64,000 bases of DNA, from assembly GCF_006345805.1 (NCBI RefSeq), contig NC_042997.1:82956001-83020000 (forward strand), given 5' to 3'. Under the pieces are notes generated by a model. That model worked only from the letters and a program-made list of their open reading frames with translations, had not been told where the DNA came from and did not search any database. Positions 1 through 13,317 of this stretch are shown here, piece after piece; position 1 is the first letter of the stretch; each line of letters begins with the position of its first letter. Source of the DNA: Octopus sinensis. Lineage: Eukaryota. A program made the position numbers and the translations under genes.

Positions 1-144
1 TAGTATGGATGTACTAACGGGAGAAAACACATCATTAGTTACATGTAACAAAGTTTTGTTATTCGTTTCGAGCACCAAAGAAATGTCGCTTGAAAGGATA
101 TACAAAGACGACAAGCTCGGAGTAGTAGAAACGGACTGAATTAT

Positions 145-289
<145 letters not shown>

Positions 290-419
290 TTTAAGATATA
301 TCTTGCAGTTGCTCTTGGATGTATCGTCAAGGATGTTTCTGGGTTTCGGTGTGTTTCGGATCTTTCAGCATCAGAGTCTCCACCGTCAAGTTGATCCAAC
401 TCGGATTGATCGAGTAATA

Positions 420-580
420 GTTGAGCACTGGGGTCCATGCTATCATCGGCAGTTTAAAATTTACCGAGATCAACTTTGCCTTTCATCATTTCGGGATCAT
501 TCAAGTACTGGGGTCGATGTGATCGACTTATCCCTTCCCCACAAATTTCAGGCCTTGTGCCTATAGTAGAAAGGATTATT
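420..580 (+). mobile_element. Partial SINE family A (tRNA-derived, Meta-domain-like core)
   Basis: ttgcctttcatc...actggggtcgatgt-atcgact...ggccttgtgcc...aaaggattatt, shared with many copies in the window. Confidence 0.75.
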
Positions 581-584
581 ATTT

Positions 585-800
585 TATTCTTTATTGCCCA
601 CACAGAGGGGACAAACAAGGACAGACAAAGGAATTGAGTCGATTACATCGACCCCAGTGTGCAACTGGTACTTATTTTATCGACCCCGAAAGGATGAAGG
701 GCAAAGTCGACTTCGGCGGAATTTGAACTCAGAACGTAACGGCAGAAGAAATACCGCTGAGCATCTCGCCCGGTGTGCTAACGTTTCCGCCAGCTCGCCG
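585..800 (-). mobile_element. SINE family A
   Basis: Reverse complement of the tRNA-like head and the core GTCGACTTTGCCyTTCATCCTTTCGGGGTCGATAAAATAAGTACC. Confidence 0.85.
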
Positions 801-801
801 C

Positions 802-1412
<611 letters not shown>

Positions 1413-1750
1413 GTGGTTAGGGTGTTGCACACTCGATCTAGCGATCGTGATTTCAATCCCTTGACTGGGTGGACGTTGCGTTCTCGAGCACATTTCATTT
1501 CACGATGCTCTGCTATCACTTCGACATCTGACGGGTGGCACATTGTGTATCTGTTCAGACAACATCATTTTGATGGAGAGAGTAAGCTAACGTGCGGCAC
1601 GAACATTTGATCACTTTAAACAAATCACTTGTGCAGGTCGTTCGGCAAAATCAAAGCGATCGATAAAATAAGTACCAGTTCAACACTAGGGCCGATGTAA
1701 TCGACTCATCCCCTTCCCTTAAACTGTGGAAAAATTTGAAACCATTATTA

Positions 1751-1798
<48 letters not shown>

Positions 1799-1823
1799 TA
1801 TTATTATTATTATTATTATTATT

Positions 1824-2038
1824 GAGGCAGCGAGCTGGCAGAATCGTTAACACTCCGCAAGAAATATTTAGCGGCATTTCGTTTGCCGCTACATTTTGAG
1901 TTCAAATTCCGCCGAGGTCGACTTTGCCTTTCATCCTTTTCTGGTCGATAAATTAAGCACCAGTCAAGTATTGGGGTCGATGTGATCGATTGTCCCCCTC
2001 CCAACAAAAATCCAGGCCTTGTGCCTATAATAGAAAGG

Positions 2039-2040
<2 letters not shown>
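1824..2040 (+). mobile_element. Full-length SINE family A with (TTA)n tail
   Basis: Head GAGCTGGCAGAATCGTTAAC, B-box-like GAGTTCAAATTCC, core, then a tail running into (TTA)n. Confidence 0.88.
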
Positions 2041-2112
<72 letters not shown>

Positions 2113-2121
2113 CATCATCAT

Positions 2122-3120
2122 TATTTACGCGCAAAAGATTAGACTTTTAGAAAAAATTCCTAACATCAGGCTACAACAAGTAAATTTAGATGCCAAGAAC
2201 CTTCCTAAGTATCCTAGCTGCCCCTAATAATAATGTTTACTGGAGCTGCTTTAATGTAGGTTTTATACATTTTTCCTTTATCCATCTGCTCAAATCTTTA
2301 AGAATAGTTCCTAATGCACTTATAACTACTTCATATTCAAACTACTTGTCAGTATAGTCAAATCCTAGCTTTCTACATAACTCCCAGTGGGTTATTCTCT
2401 CTAGGTTGTCGTGCCTTTTCATGTATTCCTTATGTGCCAGCATACCGCATTCACACACAATATGAGTAACATTTTCCCCTTTTGATTTACATAACCTATA
2501 TTGGGAAACTATCTGATTTTTGTCTATCTCTGCTTTTATCCAGTTAGTCCTCAATGCCTGATCTTATGTTGCTACTAATAAACTTTCTGTCCATTTTCAG
2601 CCCCCTTTTCTGTAACCATAATCATATCTCACAATTAATATTTTCTGATACTTTCTCTGGAAATCTACTTTGCAAATACTTCCATTGCTACTCAGATAAT
2701 CTTATTTCTTTTTTCTAGTTTCCCCCTACTTTTGGGTACATGGTTTCCATAGAGCCTACTGTTACACTAGCAGCACCTCATAAAATTTTTTCACTATTAC
2801 CTACATAGGAGGCTGTATATACTCTAGCAAACTCCACACAACCTTCCACTGATATTGAACAACTACCATCTTCTTTTCTTTGTAAATATAATCTTGCTAC
2901 TCCTACTCTACGATGGAGCCCTCCATTCATATTGAATTCCTTCCTAGTTCTGTCTAGATTTGCTAATTTAGATTTTGTGCAATCTAAAAAAGCTGGTGAA
3001 TACCTAAGTTTCGATTCTGGCCAAGTATTTACAGCTTTCACTAGATTTGGACCATTTAGCTTTGACTTCATTAACTTCCTTACACTTTTGATGTACTCCT
3101 CAATTTCCTCTCTCATTTCT
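2122..3120 (-). mobile_element. Decayed 5'-truncated R4/Dong-like non-LTR retrotransposon (RT thumb, zinc knuckle, C-terminus; RLE core deleted)
   Basis: KSKLNGPNLVKAVNTW...LYLQRKEDG; RLCKSKGENVTHIVCEC...KRHDN...HWELC; LLLGTARILRKVL. Bordered by TAA/TTA tracts. Confidence 0.85.
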
Positions 3121-3138
3121 ATAATAATAATTATTATT

Positions 3139-3497
3139 TTGCTGAAAGCTCTCAGCTTATTTTTTTTGGATATGATGGACAATGTCAGCTGCCCACAGTT
3201 ATCAGACAAAGGTGACATTTATTCTCTAATCGTGTCTCAAGAATCTTGTAGAAAACCCTTGCAATGATGATTTTTGTAGGTGTTCTATCTTTACATTTGT
3301 ACCAACATTTTTGAGTCAGATTAGGCATCAGATTAGACATCAGATTAGACAACAGATTAGACATCGGAAACCTGCACTATTGTGGTGAACAGAAAAGATA
3401 AAACATGCTTGATAAACGATATAGCATGTCCTGGTGACAACAGGATCATAGAGAAAGAGAAAGAAAAAGTGAACAACTATGAAGAATTGAAGTGGGC
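3139..3497. mobile_element. R4/Dong-like fragment: probable 3' end on minus (3139-3290) plus RLE core on plus (3316-3497)
   Basis: Plus strand reads QIRHRKP..VVNRKDKTCLINDIACPGDNRIIEKEKEKVNNYEELKW (PD..D..K nuclease). Minus strand reads IARVFYKILET. Confidence 0.7.
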
Positions 3498-3685
<188 letters not shown>

Positions 3686-3729
3686 TGATCTATCAGAAAC
3701 TGAACTTATGCTATGGGTTTCACGAGCCA

Positions 3730-4250
3730 TAAAACCCGGGATTATGTAGTTGGTAAGTAAACTTTTTACCACACAGCCAAATGAAAATGAGCTAAGAGCA
3801 GCAAGTGGCATGCATTTAAACAACAAATACGAACGAGGGTGTATACACACGTACATATGTACACATACATCTGATTTGTTTAAAAGCCTAGAAATGCTCG
3901 TAGTCTCCAAGACAGAACAAAGCAAACAACTGCTTGGCATTATCCAAATACACTCAATTAGAGATACAATGAAAATTTGTAAAACATTTCAAAGTTTATC
4001 CAATTTACTTTCCCGGAATGAACAAATGCTCACCATGGCATGTGTATATAGCATACGTTCATATATGCAAACAGTAATAAAACATACACTTGTGTACAAA
4101 AGCGACGTGCACACCCATTCTAGACCATGAGTTCAAGTTTGTTTTACGCATGCACCTACTACATGCATACAATAACTTATTCACAAATCCCAGGAATTGT
4201 CATGTTTCAAACAAAAGAACCATGTCAATTTGAGAGGCGCCGCTGCGAAG
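3730..4250 (+). repeat. Unclassified ~500-bp interspersed repeat, copy 1
   Basis: Near-identical reverse complement at 7815-8310; both copies translate to SLEMLVVSKTEQSK. Confidence 0.9.
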
Positions 4251-4419
4251 GAATTAAATAGATTAAATCATAAAAAATACCTGCATCCATACACACGCAA
4301 GCACACACGTGTGCACACGGGCAGTTATTCCTACTTATGTACATACATACAAACACACATAGACACACACATGCATATATAGAAAAAGACAGAAACATAT
4401 AGCTATGTGTGTATGTATG

Positions 4420-4483
<64 letters not shown>

Positions 4484-4571
4484 GGGGAGTGAGTGTGACA
4501 GATCTGTATATAGATATACACACATACCTTTTGAATAAATAGAATGTGTCATTTATCTAAATGTTCTGTAT

Positions 4572-4612
<41 letters not shown>

Positions 4613-4699
4613 CACATACACATACACACATATATATATATATAACAGGGTACGTACACTTTGGTCTCTTATATGTAAGCATACATTTTTCTAAATCTT

Positions 4700-5375
4700 G
4701 TACGACTCTATTTCTCTGTATCAGCCCTTTCACGCTTATTCGTTCATTCCACTCTTCGTTCTTTCGTTTCCCCTCTCTCACATTTCTTTGCCTTCTCTTT
4801 TTGCTCACTTTCCCTCCCCTTTTCATTTCATTGTGTCCCTGTCATTTTTTCTCGCCCCTCCTTAATTCTTCTGTCCCTCTGCCTCTCTCTTCTCTTCCCA
4901 CGTGATCAGCGTTCGACCAAGCCTGATCTTTCTTTCTTGGTCTGGCCGTTGTCTGTGCATCATCGATATTCCTCCCTCTGTCTGTGAAATTTTGTATCCC
5001 TGCCATAAGGCGTCATTTCCACGCACGCCAGCTTAATTAAATTCGTCTTTAGTCGAAAGACACCTGTTGTTATGTCCTGTTATTATCTTTATTGTACTTG
5101 TGTAACATTGTCCGTTTTTCCCGTCTTTGTTTTTATATACATTCACAGCTTTCTTTAAAGGAATTTATTGCTCTTAGCTTAGTGTTTCCTTCGGGCTGGC
5201 CAGATTGGAGCAATCTCGAGTATAAACAGCCGAAATGGCAATGATAATCTGGAACTCGACTGAGGAAAGAAAATTCCGAATGACCCGTACTTGTTTTCTT
5301 TGTATAGTCTATCTGGATGTTTTGTTGTCCCTTTTTTGTATCACCTAACTGTCTGGATGTTTTACGTTCTTGTCC
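4700..5375 (+). repeat. Pyrimidine-rich interspersed repeat, possibly Penelope-LTR-derived; related to 39440-39890
   Basis: Shares ctttgtatagtctatctg..gatgtttt and ttcc(c/ttc)tacgtga motifs with 39.4-39.9 kb. The classification is inference. Confidence 0.45.
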
Positions 5376-5386
5376 CATTTTGCATT

Positions 5387-5452
<66 letters not shown>

Positions 5453-5545
5453 TACATACATACACACACACATACATACACACTGTTATATTTTGTGTTA
5501 GAATTATCAGAATCCTCCTTATACTCATTATCATTATCAACGTAG

Positions 5546-5656
5546 GTATATTCTGTAACATTACCTTCGACAACCTTCTATGCTGGAATTACACAAGTGC
5601 CGGGAGCCTAGCAAGGCAACGCTGTCCCACATACATCCACAAGTTCACGGATAAGA
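5546..5656 (+). CDS. Class B1 GPCR (PTH-receptor-like) exon, hormone-binding domain: (G)IFCNITFDNLLCWNYTSAGSLARQRCPTYIHKFTDK
   Basis: cgtag|GT...AAGA|gtaagt, 111 nt, phase 1-1. Matches the C-x3-(W/F)D-x3-CW...CP motif of the secretin-family extracellular domain. Confidence 0.93.
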
Positions 5657-6989
5657 GTAAGTTGCTAACATTCATTTCTCTAAAACTTGCTAATCCTAAT
5701 GGGCATATATATTTATTGTTTAATCAGCTATCCATTAATCCATCGATCCATCATTTTCTTCATTAATACACTCATTTATTTGTTCATCCACATGCAAATT
5801 AATTAACTATTTTTTTTTGCTAACAAAAGTTACCAAGCCTGTTTGATATGAAGAGAATTATTGAGGGGATACTGGGAGGTGTCTGCTACATGAAAAGGAT
5901 ATAGTAAAGTGCATGATAACATATTTAAAGCAGTGCACCAAGGAATTTTAATTATTTTAAGTCACACCCATAGTAAAAAGAAAATGAATTAGCTAAATGA
6001 TTAATATAGGCGAAAAGGCAATAGAGTCATCCCTGAAATGTGAACAAATTCTTCCCTTGTGGTTGAGAGAGTTATTATTTATTGGTCAGTAAGTTTATCT
6101 GTTGTTAGCAGCCTCTCTGCAGAGATCTTGGCAGATCCTGTTTTAGTTAGTTACTGATGCATAGACATACATTGGGAACAATCAGCTGACGTATCTCAAA
6201 AGATAATCTACGTAGAATTCGTTCTTAAAGGTCGTATTCTTTATATAGCATAAGAATACGCATATAGCAGAGAACAAGAATTGGCATCAGGAATTTTTTC
6301 GTTGGTTGACAGGCGTCCGAAGGACTCAACGGATTGAATATAGGAATCGGTTGGATAGAGATGTTCGAATTCTATAAAGATTGATTTGTGGTTCTTGTGA
6401 ACGATATTAACTTGCTGAGCGTTATTCAGGGAGTCGAAACATTATATAGTTTTTACCAGAACATATTCAGTCTACCATTATGCAAAACTTGCAGAAATAA
6501 CCAGTCTGATATACCCTTGTCAATGGGTATATCAAGTTCACGATAAGTTCAGAGATGCTTAAACTGACAAGTACTGGCCCCCACCAAAATATCAGTGAAA
6601 TTTGTTTTACTCCCACCACCAAAGTAAATTGCTGGTACAAGACCAGCCATTTTTTGAGAACTTTTTCATAATTCTACAGTGACCTTCATATTACATTTTG
6701 GCCAATAACAGTCAACCATATAAACTTCTGTCGCCTTTGTTTATATTTATACGCCTCTTTCTGCTTTATTTTCTTTATTTATAAACATAACCCAAATCAT
6801 TTGTACCTGGCTAAATATACATTACACTCAATGCAAAAACATATAAAAAGAGACATATCGTGAGGAACCCAACATGCCCTGGTTCTTCTCAGATGATAAG
6901 AACTTTGTCCAAGATTAAAAAGTGAACAAGAGGAATGGCAGATGACTCTGCATCAGCCCCACTAGAGACCTCACTGTTATGTACACCAA

Positions 6990-7375
6990 GTTCCCATCAT
7001 CTCTGGTGGTCTTGGATGTCGTGTGCAATGAAGGCCATTTCCTTACTTTTCCCCGCGATGTCCTAGGATCACTGCGGTAACATACAGTGAGTAAATGGAG
7101 ACAGAGACGGTTGTGAAACACGGATCGAGAAAGCTGCTCGATTTAGGCCGTACGTATTCCAGCCAGATTATGCTCACTCACACACTGCCTACTAGGAGTG
7201 AGTGGCTGAAAATTTTCATGATCATACTACGCTTGACATTTGGCCTCTTTAGCTCTCTTGGTTTATACACTCTGTACTAAAAATGTGCGGGGTACCGTTG
7301 AGATGGGGAGCAAGAAGCATGCCTACAGTACTAAGGATTCGTTAATGTTTGCTATTGGAAACGTTATGACCGATA

Positions 7376-7380
<5 letters not shown>
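6990..7380 (+). mobile_element. Degenerate Tc1/mariner (maT/DD37D-like) transposase fragment
   Basis: Frameshifted translation LVVLDVVCNEGH...ETVVK...RPYVFQPDYAHSH...AENFHDH...IWP...STKDSLMFAI. Confidence 0.7.
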
Positions 7381-7466
<86 letters not shown>

Positions 7467-7814
7467 TCAAATAAATGATACGTATTCTATTTATATAACT
7501 GATATGTGTGTATCTCTATATACACTGCTCTCTTACTCGCCATACACACACACACCATCACACACACACACATACACCCCCTGTCTCTGTATACATGTGC
7601 GTGTGTGGAGAGAAAGACAGACTTATGCCTATATAGGCATGTATGCATACATGCATATATGTGTGCATATATGTCTCTATCACTCTCTACATGTGTATTT
7701 GAGTGCATGAATGTACCTATGTATGAATATCTGTATGTGCTAGTGCACGAACGCGCGCACACGTGTGTACTTGCGTGTGTATGGATGCATGTATTTTTAA
7801 AGGTTTAATTCACT

Positions 7815-8310
7815 TCTTCTCTTCGCACCGGTGGCTCTCAAAATGACAAGGTTCTTTTGTTTGAAACATGATTTGTGAATGAGTTATTGTATGCGTGTAG
7901 TGGGTGCATGCATAAAATAAACTTGCACTCATGGTCTAGAATGGGTGTGCACGTCGCCATTACTGTTTGCGTGTATGAGCGTACGACATATACACATGCC
8001 ATGGTGAGCATTTGTTCATTCCAAGAAAGTAAAATGGATAAACTTTGAAATGTTTTACAAATTTTCATTGTATCTCTAATTGAGTGTATTTGGAGAATGC
8101 CAAGCAGTCGTTTACTTTGTTCTGTCTTGGAGACTACGAGCATTTCTAGGCTTTTAAGCAAATCAGATGTATGTGTGTACATGTGTACGTGTGTATACAC
8201 TCTCGTTCGTCTTTGTTGTTTAAATGCATGCCACTTGCTGCTCTTAGCTCGTTTTCATTTGGCTGTGTGGTAAAAAGTTTACTTCCCAGCAATGTAACTC
8301 CGGGTTTAGG
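7815..8310 (-). repeat. Unclassified ~500-bp interspersed repeat, copy 2 (inverted relative to copy 1)
   Basis: Reverse complement of 3730-4250. Confidence 0.9.
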
Positions 8311-8724
8311 CATAAGCAAACTGTAACTTAGTTAAAATGTTTGCGAACTTTAGGTTAGTTAAAATATGCTTATTTCAACTTCTAAAGGCAAATTCACTGC
8401 AAGTACCGTGGAGAGAAAATGTTCTCTTATGGTAAAAAGGTGTAAAAACACCATATCTGTTCGGTGGTGTTCCCTGTCAGATTCTCAGACACACCGAAAA
8501 GAGGCAACTCTGGACAGACCTAATTAAAACTGTAATTGATTTGTGCTATTAGACTGCCAGGTAAGAAAAAAAATAAAGTAGTGTTAGCGCCAAGAAGTGT
8601 TTAGACCTAAACGAGATTTATGTTAGTTAAAATATGTTTGTCACAAACATATTTTAACCAGTGTAGAGTTAGCTCACATATATATTTATAACAAAGTAAA
8701 CTTGCAAGGTACCGCACGAGTGAA

Positions 8725-9598
8725 AATATATAGGAAAGAGGTTTTGAAAATGCTGAGGTCTTTTAAAGATGTTTAACTTTATCGGTTTCACTTTTTAAAA
8801 AAAGATTTTCAAAAGTAAAATGTAAAGCTTTGTATAAGCTTTGTTGTGTTAAAAAATGGTTATCATAGTTGATAAATAGTTGTTTAAATAGTTCACATGA
8901 AAGTGTTCAAAATAGGTGGTAAAATAAATTTATAATTATTTTAAGTCCATCAGGAATCATGGTTGTATATGAAGCATATATACAGAAGGAAATGTATTTA
9001 AGTATTTATACAGAATTTTAGGGGAATGACCAACCTTTCCATTTATTATATTGTCTTCTAGTGTATGTATGAGAGATGTTTGCTGTTATTAAACACAGTG
9101 TGGGAAGTTGGTTGGTGGGGGAGAGCGTTGTGGAATCAAAAGGATTTTTTTTTTTTGGCCTAGTCTGTCATGGTTCAGTAGTTTTTGGGACTGGTCTTAG
9201 AGTTCAAAATGGTGTGTGTGCCTCTGTGTACGTTTCTATATGAGTGCGCGTATCTATATGTGTATGGTCATTCCCCTAAAATTCTGTATAAATACTTTAA
9301 TATGATTCCTTCTGTATATATGCTTCATATACAACCATGATTTTTGATGAACTTAAAATAATTATAAATTCATTTTACTACCTATTTTGAACACTTTCAT
9401 GTAAACTGTTTAAACAAAAAGCCCCTCTTAACATTTTCATATCATTCATTGTCATTGATTCTATTTTTTAACATTTTCTTATTATTAAAGACCGTATAAA
9501 TGAATTTTAATACAACTATGATAACCAATTTTTAACACAACAAACCGGTCAAGTCAATAAACATCTTTAAAATACCTCTGCATTTTCAAACCCTCTTT

Positions 9599-9606
<8 letters not shown>
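8725..9606. mobile_element. Fold-back/MITE-like element with long interrupted inverted arms
   Basis: 8884-9031 pairs with 9266-9415; outer blocks 8725-8872 pair with 9510-9606. Spacer is about 235 bp. Confidence 0.8.
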
Positions 9607-9697
<91 letters not shown>

Positions 9698-9719
9698 ATA
9701 TATATAATATATATATAAT

Positions 9720-9787
<68 letters not shown>

Positions 9788-9813
9788 CGTGCATATATAT
9801 ATACATACATGCA

Positions 9814-9856
<43 letters not shown>

Positions 9857-9963
9857 CACATGTATGAATGTGTGTGTGTGTATCTAAATATGTCTCCCTC
9901 TCAATTTCTGTTTGTTTATTTATATTCGCAATATTTGTATTCAATAGAAGTCTTGTCATTTAG

Positions 9964-10097
9964 GATTTGCTACGAGACTTTGTTTACTCAATGGAAATTG
10001 GAGCCCGAGAGATGGATCCGATGGCAACATCACAAAAGGTTGGACGAACTTTTCTGAATGCTTCGACAGAAGTGGAGAGGCGCCTACGTTTATAAGG
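9964..10097 (+). CDS. GPCR exon, end of extracellular domain: (R)FATRLCLLNGNWSPRDGSDGNITKGWTNFSECFDRSGEAPTFIR
   Basis: catttag|GA...AGG|gtgagg, 134 nt, phase 1-0. Has the C-x2-NG-x-W and WTNFSEC motifs; phases match both neighbouring exons. Confidence 0.93.
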
Positions 10098-10229
10098 GTG
10101 AGGTCTTATTTTATATACTCAAAAATGTACACGCCCAGTGCTTCTTAGTGCAAATACAAATAAATGTATAAGTACACACGCATGCACATGCACCGACACC
10201 CACACATTCGGACACAAGCGAACAAGCAT

Positions 10230-10270
<41 letters not shown>

Positions 10271-10419
10271 TATCTTTACGCATTTGTGTGCGTGTGTGTG
10301 TTTGTATGAGTATGTGTGAGAGTGTATGTGTGTGTGTATGTGTGTATGTGTGTGTGTATGTAGGCTTGTTTGAATTTGAGAAATAGAAATTTTTTGTAAA
10401 TTTCGATTAAAAATAAAAA

Positions 10420-10577
10420 GGAGTGACTGTATGGTAAGAAAACTGCTTCCCAACCATATGGTTTCGGGTTCAGTCCCACTGCGTGGCACCTTCTACTGTT
10501 GCCTCGGGCCGATCAAAGCCTTGTGATTGGTTTTGGTACACGGAAACAAAGAAGCCTGTCGTACATATATATGTACG

Positions 10578-10619
<42 letters not shown>

Positions 10620-10820
10620 TGTTTATGTTTGTTCCACTACCATCGCTTGACAACCGATGCTGGTGTGTTTAAGTCTCCGTGACTTAGCGGTTCGGCAAAA
10701 GAGACCGATAGAATAAGTACTAGGTTTACAAAGAACAAGTCCTGGGGTCAATTTCTTCGACTAAAGGCGCTGCTCAAGCATGGCCACAATCACATGACTG
10801 AAACAAATAAAAGAATAAAA
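10420..10820 (+). mobile_element. SINE family B (tRNA-derived head, CORE-like GGCACCTTGGGCAAG, internal microsatellite, GACTGAAAC tail)
   Basis: Homologous to 11570-12045 and to reverse copies elsewhere in the window. Confidence 0.85.
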
Positions 10821-11414
10821 TAAATGTTGGTATATGAACTTATGTCTCTCTCACTCCCTCTCCCTCTCCCTCTCTCCCTCCCTCTCCCACCACACATTAT
10901 TCCTAAAATTAGAACGCTTCACTTTTATTTCCATACATTCCTCTTGACATTCTTTCAAGATTCCAAAAACATTGACTTTTCTATGTTGCAAATAGATACT
11001 CCCTGGAAAACTAGGGCAAAAGCAAAGCTGTTGCACTCAAGAAATAACAAAGTATTGAACGATGTATGGCACGTGAACATCCTGACCAAATTCCAGACTG
11101 AAAGAATTGTGGTTCCAGCATAAAATCGATTCAGATACCTCGAACCTGTTTTCTACCTTCTCTACGTCATTCAAATGCAAGTCAATATGTGATAAGCAAA
11201 GAAAACCCTTTTCTGCATTTCTAATCTAAAATTAGATTACCGCTTTTGCCGGTGTATATAAGACACACTTGTGTTTGCATTTTTAAATATATCAAAGGAA
11301 TTGCCATACGGCTAATGCGGCTCTGTTGCAGATGGGAGAGGGAATGTTGTAGGCTACAGAGCTGGATGATCATAAGTCGGTTTGGTACAATAATTGATAC
11401 AAATAACTAAAAAT

Positions 11415-11569
11415 TGGCTTCAAATTTTGACACAAGGCCAGCAGGTTTGGAGGAGGAGCTTAGTCACTTACATCGACCTCAGTGTTTATCGACTTTCGAA
11501 AGGATGAAAGGAAAAGCCAATCTCGGTGGAATTTGAACTCAGAAGGTGTACACGGAAGAAATGCCGCTA
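11415..11569 (-). mobile_element. SINE family A (partial)
   Basis: Reverse core gaaaggatgaaagg...gaatttgaactcag. Confidence 0.75.
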
Positions 11570-11751
11570 GGCGCGAAAGTGGGTATGTGGTAAGAAGCTT
11601 GCTTGCCAACCACATGGTTCCGGGTTCAATTCCACTGCGTGGCACCTTGGGCAAGTGTCTTTAACTATAGCCACGAGCCGACCAAAGCCTTGTGAGTAGA
11701 TTTGGTAGATGGAAACTGAAAGAAGCCCGTCGTATACATACATACATATAT

Positions 11752-11819
<68 letters not shown>

Positions 11820-12045
11820 GTATATATATTAACTGTATGTCTGTGTTTGTCCCCACACCATCGCTTGATAACCGATGTTGGTATGTTTACGTCCCCGTAA
11901 CCCAGTGGTTCAGCACAAGTTACCGATAAAATAAGTACTTGGCTTACAAAGAATAAGTCCTGGGGTCGATTTGTTCGACTAAAAACGGTGCTCCAGCATG
12001 GCCGCAGTCAGATGACTGAAACAAATGAAAGAGTAGAAGAGTAAG
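11570..12045 (+). mobile_element. SINE family B, full length
   Basis: Head GTGGTAAGAAGCTTGCTT...GGGTTCAATTCC, internal (TA)n, tail CGGTGCTCCAGCATGGCCGCAGTCAGATGACTGAAAC. Confidence 0.88.
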
Positions 12046-12197
12046 CATTAAGGTCACCGCCTTCAAATAATTAGATATTGAAAACAAACCAAAGTAAAAT
12101 TGCTTGTTCGTTGGCAGTGGTGTGGCGAGGTCACATCATCTCATTATACTTCCTTCCCCAACAATATATAATCCACTTTTAATGTACCTCTCACCTT

Positions 12198-12410
12198 AGG
12201 GCAGCGAACTGGCAGAATCTTTAAAGCCCTGGGAAAAATGCTTAGTAGCTTTTCGTCCGTCTTTACGTTCAAATTCCGCTCTGGCTGAATTTGCCTTTCA
12301 TGCTTTCGTAGTTGATAAATAAGTACCAGTAGAACACTGGTGGTCGATTTAATCGACTTACTCCCCTCCCCCCAAATTGTTGACCTTGTACCGAAATTTT
12401 GAAACCAATA
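12198..12410 (+). mobile_element. SINE family A
   Basis: GCGAACTGGCAGAATC head, TTGCCTTTCATG core, aaattttgaaacc tail. Confidence 0.8.
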
Positions 12411-12729
12411 TATATCTTACATTATTTAATGATTCTGTTTATATTTAAGGAACATTTTTTAAATTATCTAAATGAAAAATTCTCCGAGAAAGATTAATGA
12501 AATGTTAACAGACTTTGATCTACCTATTAGTTGTTTGCAATGAGTGAATGACAACAAAATCATAGCGGTGGCGCACCACGCTGGTTGCCAATAGCGAATA
12601 CATAAAACATCACAACCAGAAATACGAGCTTTACATTCTGTATGGTAATTCTCTTGACAAAAGCATAAACATCTATACAGTTGATCTAGATAAACCTGAG
12701 ATACGGCAGTCTCATAACGTATCTTCTAC

Positions 12730-13087
12730 CTTTTATTATTTACGTGTTCCAGTCATTAGTCTGTGGTCATGCTGGGGCATCGCCCTGAAGAAATTTTAGT
12801 CGAATGTATCGACTCCAGTACTAATTTTTAAAGCCTGGTACTTATTCTACCGGACTCTTTTGCCGAATCGCTAAGTTATAGGTGGGGGACAAAGACACAG
12901 ACATAGACACACACACATACACACACGACGGTCTTCTTTCAGTTTCCTCTACAAAATCCACTTTCAAGACTTTGCTTGGCCCGAGGCTATAGTAGAAGAC
13001 ACTTGTCCAAGTTGCTACGTTGTGGTACTGAGCCCAGAACCATGGTTGCGAAGCAAGCTTCTTACCACACAGCCACACCTGCGCCTA
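12730..13087 (-). mobile_element. SINE family B
   Basis: Reverse complement of the 11570-12045 type. Confidence 0.82.
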
Positions 13088-13317
13088 AATTTAGTTTAGG
13101 ATAAATATATAGTTTCATATTTTATTCCAGAATACTGTCACTGTATTGTATTTACTTGCCCAGAATCTTACATTTCCTTCAGCAAAACTACTTAAGCAAA
13201 TCTTTAAGTAAATACATGACGAAACATGAAACATTTATTTTCTCCACAAGATATACTTGTAAAATAAGGTTGTGCTTTTTGCCAGAGTGTTTCGTATACT
13301 GCGGTCATTTGTTCTTT

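Noticed and set aside
5265-5290. Hammerhead-like CTGAGGA...CCGAAT
   Set aside because: No GAAA, and helices I and III cannot be formed.
6000-6750. Possible decayed coding fragment
   Set aside because: No recognisable motif in manual translations; needs TBLASTX.
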